Shown: piece by piece, positions 58,109 to 64,000 of the stretch | How positions within the stretch are numbered: position 1 is the stretch's first letter | How the letters are laid out: the number at the start of each line of letters is the position of its first letter | NCBI GenBank assembly: GCA_027923505.1 | Contig: BROI01000024.1 | Span: 186,001 to 250,000 of the forward strand | Origin: Mayamaea pseudoterrestris | Taxonomy: Eukaryota | Direction of reading: 5' to 3' | DNA length: 64,000 nucleotides | Notes under the pieces: model-generated | The model's input: the letters and a program-made list of their open reading frames with translations, nothing else | The model's database searches: none | What the model was told of the DNA's origin: nothing | Position numbers and translations under genes: made by a program

Positions 58109-61100
58109 CTACAGATACATATTCGCCAAGTGCGGTAGTTGATTGCGTTGCTCCCGTTTTATTTCACCGTATTCGTCATTCCATTCCCAAACGCGAGCAA
58201 GCTCTTTTCCTTTTTCAGATACACTGCGCTTTAGTTTCGCAAGAGCCTTTTCAAAATCTTCTGTTGTGGCTGGTCTGAGTCGTTGCAATGATCCCTGCGT
58301 CACGTCTTCACGCAGAGTAACCAGGTCTTGGTCCAGAAGTTTTGCTTGCTCATGACTAATCTGCACAACAGCCTCCCGACAAACTTCTTTAATATCGGAG
58401 CCAGTATATCCTTCAAGACGCTCAGCAATTTGAGTCAAGTTGACGCTGGGATCAAGTCGGTTTTCGGCTAATGTTACCTCGAGAATCTCGGTTCTCGTCT
58501 CAAGATCAGGAAGGTCCACGAGAATGCGCCGAGGAAAACGGCGTAGAACGGCTTCGTCTAGGTCAAATGGACGATTGGTGGAACCAATAACTACAACCCG
58601 ATCGGAACCAGCGTCCCCTACCCCATTCGTGCCCGAATTTAGGCCGTCCCATTCACTCATCATCGTCGTCTTAACGCTTGTGAGCGTCCCATGTGCAGAA
58701 TCGTCCGATGAACCTTCGCGGCTCGACAATAGACTGTCTGCCTCATCTAAAAATATCACGCAAGGCGCCAGTCGCCTCGCCAAAGTGAAGACAGCCTTTG
58801 CGTTCTTCTCGGATTCGCCCAGCCACTTGTTTTCGACAGACGAGGCATCAACGCTCAGAAAGCTTGCACCTCCTTCAGTTGCCACAGCTTTTGCAAGCAT
58901 TGTCTTGCCCGTGCCTGGGGGTCCGAAAAGAAGGACTCCCTTAACGGCTTCACGAGCAATACCTTCCGAATACAAGTGTGGATATTTTAGAGGATACGTA
59001 ATGCTTTGCCGAAGAAGTTCCTTGACACTCGAAAGACCGCCAATCATATCATACGTCACACCAATATCCTGGGGCGACACAACCTGAGCAATGAGCGCCC
59101 GTTCATGTTTATCTTGTGCCAACGCAGATATTTCTTCTTTTGTCCGATGGGCCGCGGCGGTACCAGCTGAAACAGAGAGCCCTCCAGCTGGTGACGGACT
59201 GATTCTACATACAATCGTTATTGCTTTTTCAAGACTCGATGGATGAATGAAACGCACATCAGCCTTATCTTTCAGAAGGCCGCTGCTCGAAGTGATAATG
59301 TCGCCTGTGTTTTCAACCAGCCCATCGTCCGTCATGAGAAGTTGACTCAAGGTAATGTCAATCTCCAAATCAGTCTCCTTCTTATGCATTTCTGATGGGG
59401 TTTCATGTTGACGTTGGGATTTAGCAGCTTCAAGTTCAACAGCGCACTTTAATACATCTTCTATTTGATCGGTAATTTCCCTCACGCTAAGCATCTGTCG
59501 GAGCGACGAGCCAGCGCCGCGAGTACCGACATGCTCCTGCAACGACAACATTCGATTCTCCAATTGTTCATTAAGCACTTTACGGTTCTTGCGGAAAATA
59601 GCAGATCCTCGTTCTCTAGCAATCCATGCTTCCCATGATTTGGCGCGGACAGGGTCTGTAGGTGTTTTGATGGTGATGGGTTTGCAAAGAGCTTCCAATC
59701 TGGCAAGATTACGCTCCGCTTTGCTTTCCGCTTGCTTCTCCTTGTCAACGGTCTCTCCCACATTCATGTTTGCCCCCATAGCCACGGCAGCCGCTGCCAA
59801 TGTACGGATGCGCTTCTTCCTCAAATTTGCGTCGTCGCCCACGGCGTTTGCCTCTTGGGCATTCAATATCTTTTGAAACCAGTTGCTCATATGAGACTGC
59901 GGGCGTGACGATGTGTCTGGCGGCTTGTCGTGATTTGTAAGTTGGGGAGACGGGGGAACATAAATGCTCAGCATGACGCCTTGGCACTTGGGATCGGAAA
60001 GCGCCGGTGCTGCGCGAGCAAGATTTTCTGCAATGCCTTTTCGAAGGTTCTCGTTACGTAACACCTGAGCAAACGCCTTGTGTAGATCTGGTGACAAAGT
60101 GTGCTGGGGTCCATCGGCCTCGTCACTCATCTGCGAGAGTCGATCCAACAACTCCGACATGGCTAGCTGTAACGCTTGTTGAATGACCTCAGGTGGAGGA
60201 GGTAGAGAATTTTCGAGAAAATTTGGACCCTCAGCATCTTCATTCGGTGACAACGTCGCGTTAAAAAACTGCGTCGATGGCAGAGGGGACGATCCACCGT
60301 TTGCTCGCATTTGATTTTGTATCATTTGAAACCATTTTTCAAGTTCGGCCTTGACAGGTGACTCACCACCCTGTTGTTGCTGTTGCTGTAACCTCTCATG
60401 CGCTTGAACCGCCATCATGTGCGGAAACAGATTGCCGGCTTGCGGAGGAGCAATGGCTCCAAGAATGCCTGGGGTGCCATCGGGATTGACTCGGCGTGCC
60501 AGAAAAATATTGAACCGGCGGCTTCCTGCAGGATCATTTTGGCCCGATGCGTTTTGGTTGTTTGGTGAAAATCCAAACCACGGCGCATTGGAACTGACGA
60601 CTCCTTGACTTGCATCTTGCGACTCTTGCGATTTAAGCTCGTGAGGGATTTGTGGCAAGTTTGTCGTTTTCGCGTCAATGCCCTTGCCAAGGACGACCAA
60701 ATTGATACTCTCGCTCATGTTGCATTCTTTTAGCAACGTTTCAACGGCCGCCTTGCTTTTCAGCAAACTCTTGCAAGCGTCCACGCGAACGAATATGACA
60801 AGGGGCAGGTCTCGGCTTTTCGTCGCATCTACCTGTATAGCGTTGCCGCTAGCAATTGCAGGTGATTCTGTCGAAGAAAACAGCGACTCCCACTCTTCCA
60901 TTCCCTGTTGACTCGCCGTGGCTCTTTCATCGAACGGATCGTCCAAGCCAGACTCCAAGTCTCGCTTCATACACTCCGCAATGGACCCACCCGGTGGCTT
61001 AATCGTATCGCATCCGTTGCGTGCCAGCGCGAGTAGTGCCTGTATGAGCAAGGCCGGCTTTAAAGACTCCTCGGCGACGCCTTCGTCCAACAGCTTCTGT

Positions 61101-62380
61101 CGAATATTCAACAATGTCTCGTCATCAAGATACACCAGACCAGTGCCCAATGAATGCGCCTGCGTAAAATTTAAGATAGCATGTGAGAATTTTTTAAAGT
61201 GTGTAAAACATGCCAGATACAGACTGTCTGAGCGTTTTCACTTTTCCACTTGCTTTTCACTTACCAGCGCCGCGGCAATCGTCTCCTGCATGGCCAACGT
61301 GCAAGACTTGGCGTCTACTGTTTCCGTGTCATACAAACGAATCCCATTTTGGCGCGCCCACGTTTTGCGCCACTGCGGCTGACACGCCATGCTCAGCGCG
61401 GCCTGCAGTTGCTGCGAGACGGTAGCGTCCAAGTACTTGCGATGATTCGACGACGACGACGACAAGTGAGGCAGCCACTCCAGTAGCAAACCAGCGTAGA
61501 GTGTGCGTCGATCCAGTCGAATTTTGGAAACGCTGTCCAACTGTCGCGCGTTTGACACCAAGCGCTCCAGTGCGGGTGCACTCGGTGGAAGGAAAATGTA
61601 GGGTTGCCACGCCTTGATAATGGCCTGCGAAAATGTCGAAACGTCATCTTGGTCTGTAGATTTGTTGCTCTTGCTGTTGTTGCGCAACCTTCGACTCGCC
61701 AATCGACTCAATCGAACGCCAACGCCGCCGCTTGTTGTTGGTGTTGTCGTAGATGATGGATCGTCGGATCCGCCGGCACTGGCCAAGTCATTGTCGTCGT
61801 CCTCCACATCCTGCTCTGCTGCGGCTTGCTCCTCACTATTGTTATCTTTGACTAGTTCCATTTCCACTTGCACGGAAGTATCTGCTGCCAATGCATCAAA
61901 CACTTGTTGCTGATCATCCCAAATCGGCGTCGTGGTTTCCGTTTCCGAGTCAGAGTCATCATCGTCCGATCCTTCGCCGTCGGGGTCACCAACGGCGTTG
62001 CTCTTTTTGTTGTGGCTCTTGACGCTGACACCCACATTTTCAACCAGTTCTTCAGCAGTTTGAACATTTTCGTCGTCGGCGTTATTATTGTGTTCGTCTA
62101 ATTGTTCGTCTGCAGACGAGCTGGTAGTCGTTTGGTGTGGTTCCTCGGGAGAGGCACCATTCTCATGGTGCTCCTCCTCCAAATCGTCACTTGTCAAAAG
62201 CATATCCATGGCGCGCACATCATGATTCGCATATTGAAGTTCATGAAACCATCCAGGAGCAATATTGGCTTTGGTCGCCGCTGCTCTTGTTTTGGCAATG
62301 GCTGACGATGCCGAAAGAACAAGTATTCCGACGATGATGGCAACGAGACGACGAAGCAGCGGTGATTGCTGTTGCTTCAT
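58109..62380 (-). CDS. Large Msp1/ATAD1-like AAA+ ATPase with N-terminal signal peptide (intron 61160-61264)
   Basis: DIGVTYDMIGGL, GVLLFGPPGTGKTMLAKAVA, NKWLGESEK, IFLDE, MSEWDGL, STNRPFDLDEAVLRRFPRR and WNDEYGE. Exon 1 begins MKQQQSPLLRRLVAIIVGILVLSASSAIA. Confidence 0.85.
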
Positions 62381-62431
62381 TGTAAGTGCTTTTGTATACA
62401 GTCACAAATAGTATCTTGGTGGCTTTTCAAG

Positions 62432-62450
62432 TCTCTCTCTCTCTCTCTCT
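62432..62450. repeat. (TC)n microsatellite upstream of the AAA ATPase
   Basis: About 9 perfect TC units. Confidence 0.85.
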
Positions 62451-62705
62451 TAGTGTTCTGTAACTATTACACTGCAGGATGCGCTTCGATTACCATATCG
62501 TTTGCGGTGCGCCCATGGCGATGCGAAAAAGCGCCAAGTGGAAGTCGTACCACGACTGAAACATGAACCCTCAACCCTTTCTAAGCAAAACAATCGCAAC
62601 GGTACTCGAGTGAGAGCGCGCGTCGACGCGACGGATCGTCCAAGGTCCATTCGTCGTCTCGCTCATTCCTTCACTCGCTGCAAACAATAGGAAGGAAACT
62701 TAATC

Positions 62706-64000
62706 ATGGCAAGAAACACTTACAAGATGGATGAACGAATAGCTGCAGTTGCTACGAGTCTCTTTGCACTCACGGCTCTTGGATTCCTGCAGCTGCAACG
62801 CCGAAAACAACGGCGGCAGCAACCTAACACGTTAATGCACCATGATAGCCTCGTTGGAATCCGAGGCCACAAGGCGCTCCAACCTTCACTTTCCTATCTG
62901 GAACAGTTTTTAGCTTGCATGCCAAACATGTGCGATCCACTTACCAATCCATCTGGTTACATTCCACTTTGCATCGCCGAGAATCGTCTCATTGTCGACA
63001 TTTTGGCGGAACGATTCATGCAGGTTGGAACAGCGACCGCCATTTTCTCCGACTCCCAAGTGTACTTTTACAGTAGTTTCCTGGGCATGCCCGTGACGAG
63101 GGAGGCTGCCGCCTACTTTTTGGCGCGGCGTTTTCTGTTTCCTGACGAACTCGACTTGGGACCCGACAAGGCGCTGACGCACGTGCAGCCGAAACATGTC
63201 GCCATTTCGGCGGGAGGCGCCGCCTTGCTGAACAATTTATTCTTTCTGCTGGGCGATGCGGGTGACGCATGCTTGATTCCGCGTCCGTACTATGCGGCGT
63301 TTGAAAACGATATACAATTTAGTGCCGGCATTGTTCCGATTGGGATTCATCAACGTGATCCGGCGGAGGGTCCAACGTTAGCGGAACTGGATGCAGCCTA
63401 TAGTCAAGCAGTGACGCAGGGCCATACGCCAAAGTTCATATTGCTGACGAATCCAAACAATCCGCTGGGAACTGTTTACGCGCCGCAAGTCATGCTGCGG
63501 ATCATTCAGTGGGCCCGGCAAAAGCGCATGCATACCATTGCCGATGAAATGTATGCGCTTGGTGTACATACTGTAGGTATAAATATGAAGAACTTGCAAT
63601 AGTTGCTGCAGCAATGTCTCACAACATTCCTTTACAGAAAACTGGTCATGGCTTCCACTCGGTCATTCAGATACTTGGCAACGAACTCGGCAATGACGTT
63701 CACTTTATATGGGCCGTCTCCAAAGACTTTGGCGCCAGCGGACTCCGCGTCGGCATTGTGTACTCGCAGAATGAAGTATTCATGCAGGGACTTGCCACGG
63801 CCAATATATTCACCTGCGTTAGTCAGCCAATTCAATACTTGGTTTCCGAACTTTGGACGGACGATCAGTTTCTGGATCACTTTTTGGATGAGTCACGGCA
63901 TCGAACATTGATTAGCTATCACATTTGCATCTCCAAGCTGCAGGAAATGGTAGTACCTTTTGTGCCAGCGACGGCAGGGATATTCGTCTATGTGGATTTC
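62706..64000 (+). CDS. ACC-synthase-like PLP-dependent aminotransferase class I/II; runs off the window (intron 63573-63637)
   Basis: NPSGYIPLCIAENRL, LIPRPYYAAF, LLTNPNNPLG, IADEMY and, after splicing, WAVSKDFGASGLRVG (PLP lysine). N-terminal hydrophobic anchor. Confidence 0.88.

Noticed and set aside
19532..64000. A SAM/cofactor metabolic gene cluster (panB, FkbM, COQ8, AdoMetDC fusion, ACS-like)
   Set aside because: The genes are scattered among unrelated housekeeping genes and belong to different pathways and compartments.

Overview
This is a gene-dense eukaryotic nuclear window, most likely from a pennate diatom. The evidence is short GT-AG introns (about 69-121 nt), many head-to-head gene pairs, complex-plastid targeting presequences and a diatom-type AdoMetDC-aminopropyltransferase-SET fusion. 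About 31 protein-coding genes and one disrupted PfkB kinase gene can be modelled by hand. They include PDCD2L/TSR4, an MgtE-type transporter, BDP1, three intronless bacterial-like SDRs, a TRAIP-like RING protein, a copine, panB, eIF5A, DPH3, an FkbM methyltransferase, two AAA ATPases, COQ8, TAF1, SFT2, a GRIP golgin, WDR6, CIA2, a lumenal PDZ-FKBP and an ACC-synthase-like aminotransferase. I could not support any rRNA, tRNA, CRISPR array or transposase. The most interesting signals are: (1) the polyamine-synthesis fusion with a degenerate SET domain; (2) a domain-like 59-codon segment in frame behind the copine stop codon; (3) a cluster of related uncharacterised coiled-coil genes; (4) a protein with a duplicated THAP-like module; (5) an unusually long, structured eIF5A intron; (6) a signal-peptide-bearing Msp1-like AAA ATPase; (7) an ~185-bp tandem repeat. 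All gene models, splice sites and family calls are manual motif recognition, not database results.
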